Positions 46,176 through 55,688 of a DNA stretch of 64,000 bases are shown here, piece by piece. The stretch covers positions 2,328 through 66,327 of the forward strand of contig JAZQLY010000021.1 in assembly GCA_045543015.1 (NCBI GenBank). The letters run 5' to 3'. The position numbers were made by a program, and so were the translations under genes. Positions within the stretch are counted from its first letter, which is position 1; every line of letters starts with the position of its first letter. The stretch comes from Eubacteriales bacterium. GTDB lineage: Bacteria > Bacillota > Clostridia > Oscillospirales > CAG-272. The notes below the pieces were generated by a model. It made no database searches. It worked only from the letters and a program-made list of their open reading frames with translations, and had not been told where the DNA came from.

Positions 46176-47360
46176 ATGAAGATCGCAGTTGCGGGAATTG
46201 GTTACGTTGGCCTTTCTATGGCGGTTCTGCTGGCGGAGCATAACCGTGTAACGGCTGTAGACGTCCTTCCCGAGCGGGTAGATATGATCAACGCCCGCCG
46301 CTCACCACTTGTCGACCGTGAGATAGAAGAATATCTTTCAAAAAAAGAGCTGAGCCTGACCGCCACGACCGATGCTGCCGCCGCCTACCGGGAGGCAGAG
46401 CTGGTGGTCATCGCCACCCCCACCGATTACGATAGCGAGAAGAACAGCTTTGATACCTCGTCGGTAGAGCAGGTCATTGCTGCCGTGCTGGCGGAAAATC
46501 CGCAGGCGGTCATGGTGATCAAATCTACCGTTCCCGTTGGGTTTACCGAGGAGGCGCGCGCGCGCTTTTTGGGGGCCAGGCTGCTCTTCAGCCCGGAATT
46601 TTTGCGGGAGGGGCGGGCGCTTTATGACAACCTGTACCCCAGCCGCATCATCGTTGGCGTGCCGGCGGGGGATGCCTCGCTGCAGCAAAGTGCAGAGCAG
46701 TTTGCCGCCCTGCTGCGTGCGGGGGCAAAAAAGGAGGATGTGGACGTCCTGTTTATGGAGCCGACAGAGGCAGAGGCAGTGAAGCTGTTTTCCAACACCT
46801 ATCTTGCCCTGCGTGTTTCCTTTTTCAACGAGCTGGATACCTATGCCATCGTGCATGGGCTGGATACAAGATCGATCATTGAGGGCGTAGGGCTTGACCC
46901 GCGCATTGGCAATCATTATAACAACCCCTCGTTTGGCTACGGCGGCTATTGTCTGCCAAAGGATACAAAGCAGCTGCTGGCCAATTACAATGACGTACCG
47001 CAGAACATCATTTCTGCCATCGTGGCGGCCAACAGCACGCGTAAGGATTTTATTGCCGAGCAGATCGCAGCGCGCAAGCCGCGCGTAGTAGGCGTTTACC
47101 GCTTGACGATGAAGGCGGGGAGCGATAATTTCCGTCAATCCTCTATCCGCGACGTGATGGAGCGGCTGAAGGCAAAGGGCATCTCGGTGGTGATCTACGA
47201 GCCGACTGTTAAGCGTGCGAGCTTTTGCGGCGACCGCGTGATCGCCGACCTTGCCGAATTTAAGCAGACCGCAGACGTGATCTTAGCCAACCGGTATCAC
47301 GAGGACCTTGCTGACGTGGCGGAGAAGGTCTATACGCGCGATCTCTATTTTCGTGACTAA
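46176..47360 (+). CDS. ugd: UDP-glucose 6-dehydrogenase
   Basis: [14 protein letters not shown] Rossmann fold, the [10 protein letters not shown]-like catalytic Cys motif ([11 protein letters not shown]), and GSDNFRQSS. Confidence 0.92.
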   Translation: MKIAVAGIGYVGLSMAVLLAEHNRVTAVDVLPERVDMINARRSPLVDREIEEYLSKKELSLTATTDAAAAYREAELVVIATPTDYDSEKNSFDTSSVEQVIAAVLAENPQAVMVIKSTVPVGFTEEARARFLGARLLFSPEFLREGRALYDNLYPSRIIVGVPAGDASLQQSAEQFAALLRAGAKKEDVDVLFMEPTEAEAVKLFSNTYLALRVSFFNELDTYAIVHGLDTRSIIEGVGLDPRIGNHYNNPSFGYGGYCLPKDTKQLLANYNDVPQNIISAIVAANSTRKDFIAEQIAARKPRVVGVYRLTMKAGSDNFRQSSIRDVMERLKAKGISVVIYEPTVKRASFCGDRVIADLAEFKQTADVILANRYHEDLADVAEKVYTRDLYFRD

Positions 47361-47430
47361 AGGGGCTGTCGCATTTCGGCATAACCGCAAACAAAAAGAA
47401 TGAGTGGGATCTGTTTCCCACTCATTCTTT
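47361..47430 (-). repeat. inverted fifth copy of the terminator-plus-tail module seen in the 22.1-22.8 kb array; a bidirectional terminator between ugd and the convergent gene
   Basis: The reverse complement reads AAGAATGAGTGGGA-AACAGA-TCCCACTCATTCTT TTTGTTTGCGGTTATGCCGAAATGCGACAGCCCCT. Confidence 0.85.
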
Positions 47431-47433
47431 GTA

Positions 47434-48261
47434 TTATGCATGTAAAATATCGTTCAAATAGGTAATCGTCTCGGCAATGTCCTTCTTCTGCTGCTCGCCC
47501 GAGATCTCACGCTCAATGGTGTAGGGGCCCTCGTAGCCGCATTCGCGGAGCAGGGAAATGACGGCCGGCAGATTGGCAAGCCCCTCGCCCACCTTGACCT
47601 CGCGGCCGAGGTTTTGCCCGTTCTCCGGGTAAAAGCCGTCCTTGATGTGGGTGTTGCGGATGTATTTGCCAAACACGCGTACCGCATCTGCCGAATTGGC
47701 CTTGCCGTAGAGAATGAGATTGGCCGTGTCAAAATTGATGTAGGTATTGCCCGTGCCGATATCCTCAATGGCACGCAGAACGGTAACGGGTGTTTCCTGC
47801 CCGGTCTCAAACAGGAAGTTCTGACCGCGGGACTTATAGAGGTTGCAAAGCCAGCGTAGCGCGGCGATCAGGGCGCGGTAGTTTTCATCGCTCGGGTTCT
47901 CCGGGATAAAGCCAACGTGCGTGGCAATATCGCAAACGCCGATCTTCTCGGCAAAGAGAGAGGCAGCCGCCAGCTGCTCAAGCCGCATAGCGCGGAAGGC
48001 AACAGGCACCAGACCAATGGTCTCTGGTCCGGCGGTAAAGTTCCATTCGCATGGGCCGGTGTAGCCCGCCCAAAGCAGGGAAACGGCAAGCCCGGTCTCC
48101 TTCTTTGCCGCGTTGATGGCGGCAGCGTTTTCGTCGGTATACAGGGCGGGGTTCCAGATAGAGAGCTGGCAGCTGTCAAGCCCCATCTCTTTTGCCTCGC
48201 GGAATTTTTCCATAAAATCCGTCTCGGCGCTTACGTTGATCATCACACCAATATTAGCCAT
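47434..48261 (-). CDS. sugar phosphate isomerase/epimerase (xylose isomerase-like TIM barrel)
   Basis: 275 aa. FETGQE and DTANLILYG motifs are typical of AP endonuclease 2 / TIM-barrel isomerases. Confidence 0.75.
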   Translation of the reverse strand: MANIGVMINVSAETDFMEKFREAKEMGLDSCQLSIWNPALYTDENAAAINAAKKETGLAVSLLWAGYTGPCEWNFTAGPETIGLVPVAFRAMRLEQLAAASLFAEKIGVCDIATHVGFIPENPSDENYRALIAALRWLCNLYKSRGQNFLFETGQETPVTVLRAIEDIGTGNTYINFDTANLILYGKANSADAVRVFGKYIRNTHIKDGFYPENGQNLGREVKVGEGLANLPAVISLLRECGYEGPYTIEREISGEQQKKDIAETITYLNDILHA

Positions 48262-48273
48262 CGCTCTTCTCCT

Positions 48274-49296
48274 TTAAAGTAAGTGAATAGGGCAGCCGCC
48301 CTTGTCGGCGCTTTCGTATAACCGCTCGATCAGCTCTACCGTCATCATGGCCGATTCGGGCGGGTTTTTCTCGTTTGCATGCTCACCGCGAATGACCTCG
48401 GCAAAATAGCGGCTCTCCTCGGCCATGTGGTCGGTCTGTTCGTAGGTCAGCTCATAGGCCTCGCCACCCGCCGGATGGATCTTGACCTGCCCGCGGCCGT
48501 CCCAAACGGCCGTGGCCTTCTCCATCGTGACGCGGAAGGGGGAAGAGAACGGGAAGCCGTCAGCCTCGCACCAGCTTGAATTGGCTGATATGACTGTGCC
48601 GTTTTCGTAGTACAGAATAGAGGAGGAGCCCTGCCGCTTCATTTCGTGGTCATAGGTCATGCAGGAGACCGCCTGCGGCTCACCAAGCAGAAAACGGATC
48701 ATATCGATATCGTGAATGCCCATATCCTGCAAGCACCCGCCGGAGCGGGTATGGTCGCTGAACCAATGCTCAAAGCCCCAGCGCGGCAGCGCACTCAGCC
48801 GTTCAAAATGTGCGGTGATCACGCGGCCGTACTTGCCGCTGTCAAGCAGCTCCTTCAGTGCCAGGTAGTTGGCGTTAAAGCGCAGGCATTGCCCCACCAT
48901 CAGGTGGCAGCCGTGCTCCTTGGCAACGGCGATCATCTCACGGCAGTCGGCTGCGGTCAGCGCCATCGGCTTTTCACATTGCACGTGCTTGCCGGCGCGT
49001 AGCGCACGGATCGCATATTCCTTGTGCAGATAGGTGGGCAGACAAATATCAACAATATCGATCTGCTCGTTTGTCAGCATCTCGTCAAAATCGGTATATA
49101 GGTGCAGATCTCCCGTCGTCTGCTCGCCCTCACTCTTAATGTTGATTTCCTGAATGGCAGAAAACTGCTGCGGGTCAATATCGCACAGGGCTACACGGCG
49201 GATGGGCAGCCCCTCCTTTTCCAGCCGGTCATAGCCGTTCATGTGCGCACGGGCAATGCCGCCGTACCCCAAGATCGCTACGCGAAGTTCTTTCAT
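48274..49296 (-). CDS. Gfo/Idh/MocA family oxidoreductase
   Basis: MKELRVAILGYGGIARAH Rossmann N-terminus and EKPMALT motif. ATG 49296 follows AAAGGAG. Confidence 0.85.
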   Translation of the reverse strand: MKELRVAILGYGGIARAHMNGYDRLEKEGLPIRRVALCDIDPQQFSAIQEINIKSEGEQTTGDLHLYTDFDEMLTNEQIDIVDICLPTYLHKEYAIRALRAGKHVQCEKPMALTAADCREMIAVAKEHGCHLMVGQCLRFNANYLALKELLDSGKYGRVITAHFERLSALPRWGFEHWFSDHTRSGGCLQDMGIHDIDMIRFLLGEPQAVSCMTYDHEMKRQGSSSILYYENGTVISANSSWCEADGFPFSSPFRVTMEKATAVWDGRGQVKIHPAGGEAYELTYEQTDHMAEESRYFAEVIRGEHANEKNPPESAMMTVELIERLYESADKGGCPIHLL

Positions 49297-49440
49297 AGGC
49301 AACTCCTTTTTCCCGTTTTTCTCCAAAACGGGTTGTTTTTTTCTTGATTGTATGATACAATATCCGTACCCAAAAAGGGATATCTTTTTTTGCACAATAG
49401 TTGCACTTTTCTCCACTTTAAAAATATCGGAGGACAAAAA

Positions 49441-50295
49441 ATGGCATATATCCGCGTACCGTTGACACGGCTCGTCCGCGTAAAAAAGATTATTACCTGC
49501 TTTACGGATGCACCCCCGGCACAGTACCATTCAAACCTGGAGAAGCATAATTTCTGGGAGATGGTGGTTCTTCGCCGTGGTCGCATGGGCTGTCGCACGG
49601 GAGATGGCGAGCAGATTCTGATGGCCGGTCAGGCTGTTTTGCATGCGCCAAACGTCCTGCACGGTCTGCATGGAGACGGGGAACACCCGTTTGAATTTTT
49701 CATTATTTCGTTTGAATGTGATTCGCCCGCTCTGGCCGCGCTGGGGGCGCGCCGTTGTACGCTCAGCACGCACCAGCGGCAGCTGGCCGACGCCATCATG
49801 GCGGAGCGGGAGCTGTGCTTTGCGCAGGGGCCCGTTCACCCGCTTGCTCCGTTGGCGGATGCGCCGCTTGGCAGCCAGCAGATGATCGCGTTGTATCTGG
49901 AGCAGCTGCTCATTGGCCTTTTGCGTGATGCATCAGCCACCGAGGGCGGCCTGTTTTCCTCACGCATGGAGTTAGAGGAGCAGCTGGCAGCAGACGTTTG
50001 CGCCTATCTGGAGGCGCACGTTTATGACGATCTGGATATGGAGGAGGTCTGCGCCCATTTCCATTACGGGAAAAGCCGCTTGTACGCCGCCTTTCGCCGC
50101 GTGATGGGGGATAGTGTGATGCATTGGTACCATACCCGCAAGCTGGAGGAGGCGCGCCGCCTGCTATTGGAAAGCGACGATAGCGTGGCGCTGATCGCCA
50201 CCATGCTGCATTTTGATAGCCCCCAGTATTTTTCTCGTATGTTCAGCCGTTATACCGGCGTTTGCCCGCGTGATTTTCGCGCGGCAACACGATAA
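49441..50295 (+). CDS. AraC family transcriptional regulator (cupin plus HTH_18)
   Basis: C-terminal ...FDSPQYFSRMFSRYTGVCPRDFR. It is divergent from the oxidoreductase operon. Confidence 0.85.
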   Translation: MAYIRVPLTRLVRVKKIITCFTDAPPAQYHSNLEKHNFWEMVVLRRGRMGCRTGDGEQILMAGQAVLHAPNVLHGLHGDGEHPFEFFIISFECDSPALAALGARRCTLSTHQRQLADAIMAERELCFAQGPVHPLAPLADAPLGSQQMIALYLEQLLIGLLRDASATEGGLFSSRMELEEQLAADVCAYLEAHVYDDLDMEEVCAHFHYGKSRLYAAFRRVMGDSVMHWYHTRKLEEARRLLLESDDSVALIATMLHFDSPQYFSRMFSRYTGVCPRDFRAATR

Positions 50296-50297
50296 AA

Positions 50298-50330
50298 ACG
50301 ATCCCGAGAACCTTGTGTTCTCGGGATCGT
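50298..50330. terminator. bidirectional intrinsic terminator
   Basis: A 14-bp stem ACGATCCCGAGAAC / GTTCTCGGGATCGT flanked by AAAA and TTTT. Confidence 0.85.
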
Positions 50331-50337
50331 TTTTCGC

Positions 50338-51627
50338 TTACAAATTTTCTTTCGAGATCAGCCCGGCATCTACCATTTTTTGCAGGGACATCAGAATGCC
50401 CATCTTGGCGTGATACCAGGTAAGGCCGCCCTGGAAATACACGGCGTACGGCTCGCGGATCGGCCCGTCTGCGCTCAGCTCGATCGAAGAGCCCTGCACA
50501 AAGGCACCCGCCGCCATAATGACCTCGGCATCGTAGCCGGGCATGGCCCACGGCTCCGGCGTTACATAGCTGTCCACCGGTGCGGCGGCCTGTATGCCGG
50601 CGCAGAAGGCGACCATGGCCTCACGCGAGCCAAGCTCTACCGCTTGAATAATATCGTGGCGGTCCTCCGCTCCCGTCGGTACTACATGGTAGCCAAGCCG
50701 CTCATAAACGTTGGCGGCAAAGATCGCGCCCTTCAGGGCACCCGCTACCACCGTGGGGGCAAAGAAGAAGCCTTGATAAAGGGCGGGCATGATGCCAAGG
50801 TTGGCACCCACCTCCTGCCCAAGGCCGGGGGCGCTGAGGCGGAAGGCGCAGCGGCTCACGCACGCCTCCGTTCCGCAGATGTAGCCACCCACCGGGGCAA
50901 GGCCACCGCCCGGGTTTTTAATGAGAGAGCCTACCGTCATATCCGCCCCCACGTCAGAGGGCTCAAGCTCCTCTACAAACTCACCGTAGCAGTTATCTAC
51001 CATACAGATCAGAGAGGGCTTGATCCTCTTGACAAAGGCGATCAGCTCACCGATCTGCTTGACGGAAAAGGACGGGCGTGTCTGATAGCCCTTGGAGCGC
51101 TGGATGGTCACCACCTTGGTCCTTTCGTTGATCGCGGCAGCAATGCCGTCATAATCAAAGCCGCCGTCCGGTAAAAGATCTACCTGGCGGTAGGTGACGC
51201 CATATTCCATCAGCGAGCAGGGCGAGGGGCGAATGCCGATCACCTCCTCCAGGGTGTCATACGGTCTGCCAACGGGGGAAAGAAGCTCGTCACCCGGCAG
51301 CAGGTTGGCAGAAAGCGCCACCGTCAGCGCGTGCGTGCCACAGGTGATCTGCGGGCGAACAAGCGCCGCCTCGGTGTGAAAGCAGGAGGCATAGACCTTT
51401 TCCAGCGTCGTGCGCCCTACGTCATCATAGCCGTAGCCGGTCGTTGCGGCAAAGCAGGTGGCGTTTACGCGGTTTTTCTGCATGGCATTCAGCACCTTGG
51501 TCTGGTTGTATTCCGAGAGGCGGTCAATCTCCTCAAACCGTTCCCTCAGCCCGGAAAGGATCCTTTCGCCAAATGCGTATACCTCGTGGGAGATGCCAAC
51601 CTCCCGGTACATGGTCTCTGTATTCAT
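50338..51627 (-). CDS. methionine gamma-lyase family / aluminium-resistance (YnbB-like) PLP-dependent protein
   Basis: The family N-terminus is ...SEYNQTKVLNAMQKNRV..CFAATTGYGYDD.GR..LE. ATG 51627 is used. The ORF-track upstream extension overlaps the gene's own promoter. Confidence 0.75.
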   Translation of the reverse strand: MNTETMYREVGISHEVYAFGERILSGLRERFEEIDRLSEYNQTKVLNAMQKNRVNATCFAATTGYGYDDVGRTTLEKVYASCFHTEAALVRPQITCGTHALTVALSANLLPGDELLSPVGRPYDTLEEVIGIRPSPCSLMEYGVTYRQVDLLPDGGFDYDGIAAAINERTKVVTIQRSKGYQTRPSFSVKQIGELIAFVKRIKPSLICMVDNCYGEFVEELEPSDVGADMTVGSLIKNPGGGLAPVGGYICGTEACVSRCAFRLSAPGLGQEVGANLGIMPALYQGFFFAPTVVAGALKGAIFAANVYERLGYHVVPTGAEDRHDIIQAVELGSREAMVAFCAGIQAAAPVDSYVTPEPWAMPGYDAEVIMAAGAFVQGSSIELSADGPIREPYAVYFQGGLTWYHAKMGILMSLQKMVDAGLISKENL

Positions 51628-51661
51628 CGTTTCGTCATCCTTGTTGTTTTTTTCAAGCATT

Positions 51662-51690
51662 AGTATAGCACAAACCGGCTGTTCTGTCAA
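51662..51690 (-). promoter_or_regulatory. sigma-A promoter of the YnbB-like gene
   Basis: The minus strand reads TTGACA, 17 nt, then TGcTATACT. Confidence 0.55.
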
Positions 51691-51850
51691 GGAAACGGGC
51701 GATCCCTTTGCGGCCGAAAAGGGAAAGGTCACCATTTCCTTCCGCTTGCCGGATGCACGCGGTGCCGGCTCGCTTGGCACCATGATCGCCGAGCGCAGCG
51801 TTGACCCCGGCTTTGCCGTTTTCACGCTCCCCACGAGTGAGGAGTGCCTG

Positions 51851-53146
51851 ATGCGCGGCCTGGATCCCACCGATATCCTTGGCTGGTACAGCGTAGATGC
51901 TACCGGTACGTACCGTGATGCCGCTGCCTACAGCGGTACCTACATGACGGAGGATATGACCTTCTACCCGTACATGAAGTCGCAGACCTTCTCGTTTGAT
52001 AAGAGTGCGCATTTCCCTATGTTTACCACAAGCGCCGGCCTCTTTACGCTTACCGGCTTCCGCGGTGGCTGGCAGGTGGGCTCGTATGATGATAAGAGCG
52101 TGTACAGCGCCTTCTCTGAAATTCCTACCGCCTCTGTTGCACAGGGTGCTGGCAAGTACCATTGGGATTTTGGCGGTATCTATCTGGCCACCGGCTACGG
52201 CGGTGACAGCATCATCCTCAGTAAAACGACCAAGGATCATGCCGTTGCCCTTTCCTGGACGGCCCTGGTAGACGGTAAGGTAGACCTGGATTTTAATGCC
52301 TTCTACTTCTTCTCCGGCGCTGCCGTCAATGCCTCCGCCTATCTTGCCGTTGCGCATAACGATACCATTATCTGGCCTGCCAGCATGGCAGGCAAAAAGG
52401 TCGATACCACCGGCTCTGTTTTTGAGGGGTGGTATAAGGCCGATTGTGGCAATGCCTCCAAGCTGACCGCCACGACGAAGGTAGATATTCCCACGGCTAC
52501 CTATACCGGCCTGTCTGTCAAGGCAGGGGATACCATTCGCTTCGTCATCGGGCGTGATAGCGTCAGCAACGTCAGCACGGCAAAGCTGCAGCCTACCGTC
52601 AGCTACACCGAGACCTCGAACGTTTACTGGGATCAGATCGTTACCGAGATCCCTGTACACGATCCGGGCACCCCGCTTGATGCGGCCAATGCTCCTCTTT
52701 GCGGTGCCGCCAGCGCCACCGATCCGGAGATCACCTATCCCGGCAAGTGGCAGATGATCACCTATCCCACCTGGGCTGCTATTGCAGAGGGGGATGCCGA
52801 TCTGGTCGAATACTATACCAAGAGCGGCGAGGCGACCGACTTCCTCTCCTCCATCAAGGACTACGGCTCCGATACCAAGGCCCCGTTCCTGATCAACTAC
52901 GGTATCGGCCCGAGAAACGGTGCGTGGGGCAAACGCTGGGATATCGTGCTGACCAACGGTGAAAACGGTATCGGCACCGGCGGTTACCGCTATACGGCCG
53001 AATATACCGGCTATATCAACGCCTCCTTTGAGGAATTCATGCGCAGCAGCTTTACCTTTAACTGCAATTTTGATACCGTGCGTGCCGCCATCTTTGTAGA
53101 CGGCGTCATGGTATGGCCGACCGCAGGCGGCGACCTACCACGATAA
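51851..53146 (+). pseudogene. upstream fragment of a large exported-protein gene lacking start, signal peptide and 5' region (the open frame extends back to about 51691)
   Basis: No signal peptide. The in-frame coding-like sequence abuts a divergent promoter. The fragment ends 4 nt before the next ORF, which continues in the +1 frame. Confidence 0.5.
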
Positions 53147-53150
53147 CGCC

Positions 53151-55634
53151 GTGCGTGACCTCGCCCTTTCTACGCTCTTCTACGGGGCAGAGGCGCAGCG
53201 CTACTTCAACTATCGCACAGATGACCCGGCCGATGCCGGCGTGACCGATGGGCTTTCCTTTACCCTGGCTGCACCGGTCGATAAGCTTGCTCTTGCAGGA
53301 GAGGGCAGCTACGGCTTTACCGCCGTCTCCCTGGTTGCCGGTGACCTGGTGACCCTGAAGCTTTATGTAGATGCAAAGGCAGCCCCGCTTACCGAGCAGC
53401 TTTACGTTTCGGTCAACGGCGGTGAACGCCGCGTTCCCCTTTCCGCCCGTAACGATGCTGTTGGCAGCAACCGTCTCAAGGCCTTCGTTCCCGTCCTGTA
53501 TAAGGATCTTGGGGCAGACATGACCTTTGAGGTCTGCCAGGCAGACGGCACCGTGATCAGCCCCAAGCTGACCTACAGCGTAGACACCTACGCCGCACGC
53601 ACGGCCGATCTTGCCGATCAGGCAGATCTGATCGCCGCTATCCGTGCTGCGGGCCGTGCCGCCTTGAATTACTGCAACCTGTATGCCCCCACGCCGGAGG
53701 GTGAGATCGTTACCCGCGTCGGCATTCTCAGTGATACCCACGTTGGCCGTGCCAACTCCTATGCCAATGCCAAGACAGCAAACGCCCTGCAAAAGGTAGA
53801 TGCCTTCTTTGGCGGTGAGACCGATCTGGTCATCTTCCCCGGTGACCTGACGCATGACGGTAAGGACAGCGAATTTGATTCGCTGATCGAGATCGTGACC
53901 GACCCGAACAACATCGGCCAGGATACCCGCTTTGGCTTCGTAACCGGTAACCACGAGTTCTACCGTAAGGATGCAAACGGCGCAGACGTGCCGGATGCGG
54001 GCGTGCTGGAGGTGTTCCAGAACAGACTGAGCCAGTTCCATGATGAGGACGGCGTTGACCATACCATCATCATGAACGGCATCTACTTTATCGGCTTTTC
54101 TGCCCGTAGCGAGGGGCTGAAATACGGCACAGAGGCAGAGGCTTATCTGCGCAAGCAGGTGGCTGCCGCAGCAGAAGCGAACCCCAACGCTCCGATCATT
54201 CTGTACTCGCACATCGGTAACGGTGACGTAAGCAGCAGCACGCAGATCACGCTCTCGGCCGAGACTGTCGAGTTCTTGAAGAATTATCCGCAGATCATTT
54301 GGTTCAGTGGTCATACGCACTACGTAGCGCAGGATCCGAACCAGATCGGCCAGAAGTATTACACCAGTATTCAGGTGCCCACCACCGGCGGTATGCTGTC
54401 AGACAGCAACTTCCAGGGCAGCAACCCGGCCCACAACAGCGATTCCTCGCAGGGCCTGCTGATGACGGTGTCGGATACCAACGTGGTCAAGATCTACCGG
54501 TATGACTTTGCTACCGGCAAGCAGATCGGCCAGACCTGGACGATCGATATCCCGGCCATTCGGCGTTCTACTGCAAACTTCACCTACTCGATCGCTGCGC
54601 GTAAGAGCGTAGCCGCCAAGCCGAGCTTTGGCACCTCGACCATCCAGGTTGACGAGCTGACCGCCGTTAACGCAGCCTTCACGCTGCCCCTCGCCCATAT
54701 CAACGATACCGTTTCGGATGATGCTGTCGTGTATTATCACGTCTTCGTGATGGATCAGAACAATAAGATGGTCACCAGCAGCAAGATCTATTCGGAGTAT
54801 TACCGTGGCGAGCGTGCTGCAAAGGATATTGCCTTCTCGGTGGCCGGCCTTACCCCCAACACCGCGTACACCCTGCGCGTGGTAGCCGAGAGTGAGTTTG
54901 AAAAGTATTCGGATGCGCTGACCCTGGAGTTTGCGACTCCGGCAGCCGGCAGCGCAACGCTTGACGGGCTGACCACGCTGCTTTCGGTCGATTATACCAC
55001 CGGCAGCGCAGCAGACAGCAAGGGCCACTCTATGGTCACCTACGGCCAGCCTACCCTGGCAGCCGGCAAGGCAGCCGATTTTGATGGCTCCAGCGCGTAC
55101 GGCTACACGCTGACAAGCAGCGATTTTGCCGCCATGAAGGACTCCCTGACCATCGAGACGGTCGTCACCATTGACAGCACCAACGGCTACCGTGCCGATA
55201 TCAACTGGGATTACTGCGGTCTCGTTTCCAACGTGGAATTTGGTGGCTTTGGTATCTCCTACATCTTTAAGAATCAGACGATCCGGTTCACGCTGGGCGA
55301 CTATTACACCGGCGTGTTCAGCGGCTCAAGCTATTCGGAGGTGAAGCTGGAGGTGCCTGTTGAGCTGGATAAGCCCCTGCACGTGGTGGCTACCGCAACC
55401 GGTAACTTTATGTGCATCTATATCAATGGCGAGATGGTTGGCTCCATGCTCTTTGAGGGAGACATTTACCACACGCCGCATTCTACCAACATCTACGTTG
55501 GCGGTGACAGCGCAGGTTCCAGCACGATGCAGTCGCCTACCTTCTGTGATGTGGAATACGCTACCCTGTATGCCGAGGGTGTATCGCCTGACCAGGCAGC
55601 CCTGATGTATCAGAATTCCAGCGTAGCAAAATAA
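53151..55634 (+). pseudogene. downstream fragment: calcineurin-like metallophosphoesterase domain plus a C-terminal LamG/concanavalin-like domain
   Basis: Motifs are DTHVG, GDLTHDG, GNHEF, SHIG and GHTHY. The C-terminus has LHVVATATGNFMCIYINGEMVG (LamG-like). No RBS or ATG at its 5' end. Confidence 0.55.
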
Positions 55635-55655
55635 TAGCCCTTTGAAAAAACAAAA

Positions 55656-55684
55656 AGCGGGAGAATTTTCTCCCGCTTTTTTGC
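55656..55684. terminator. bidirectional intrinsic terminator
   Basis: AGCGGGAGA-ATTT-TCTCCCGCT flanked by AAAAA and TTTTTT. Confidence 0.85.
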
Positions 55685-55688
55685 TTGC

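Noticed and set aside
47434-50295. The isomerase / Gfo-Idh-MocA / AraC module as a novel catabolic system.
   Set aside because: This is a common small sugar-modifying module. No transporter or kinase is present in the window to define a pathway, and nothing unusual appears in the sequence.
53100-53150. Programmed +1 ribosomal frameshift joining the two large ORFs.
   Set aside because: The overlap contains no slippery or shifty motif, rare-codon/SD-like stimulator or homopolymer tract. A mutation or sequencing error is the simpler explanation.
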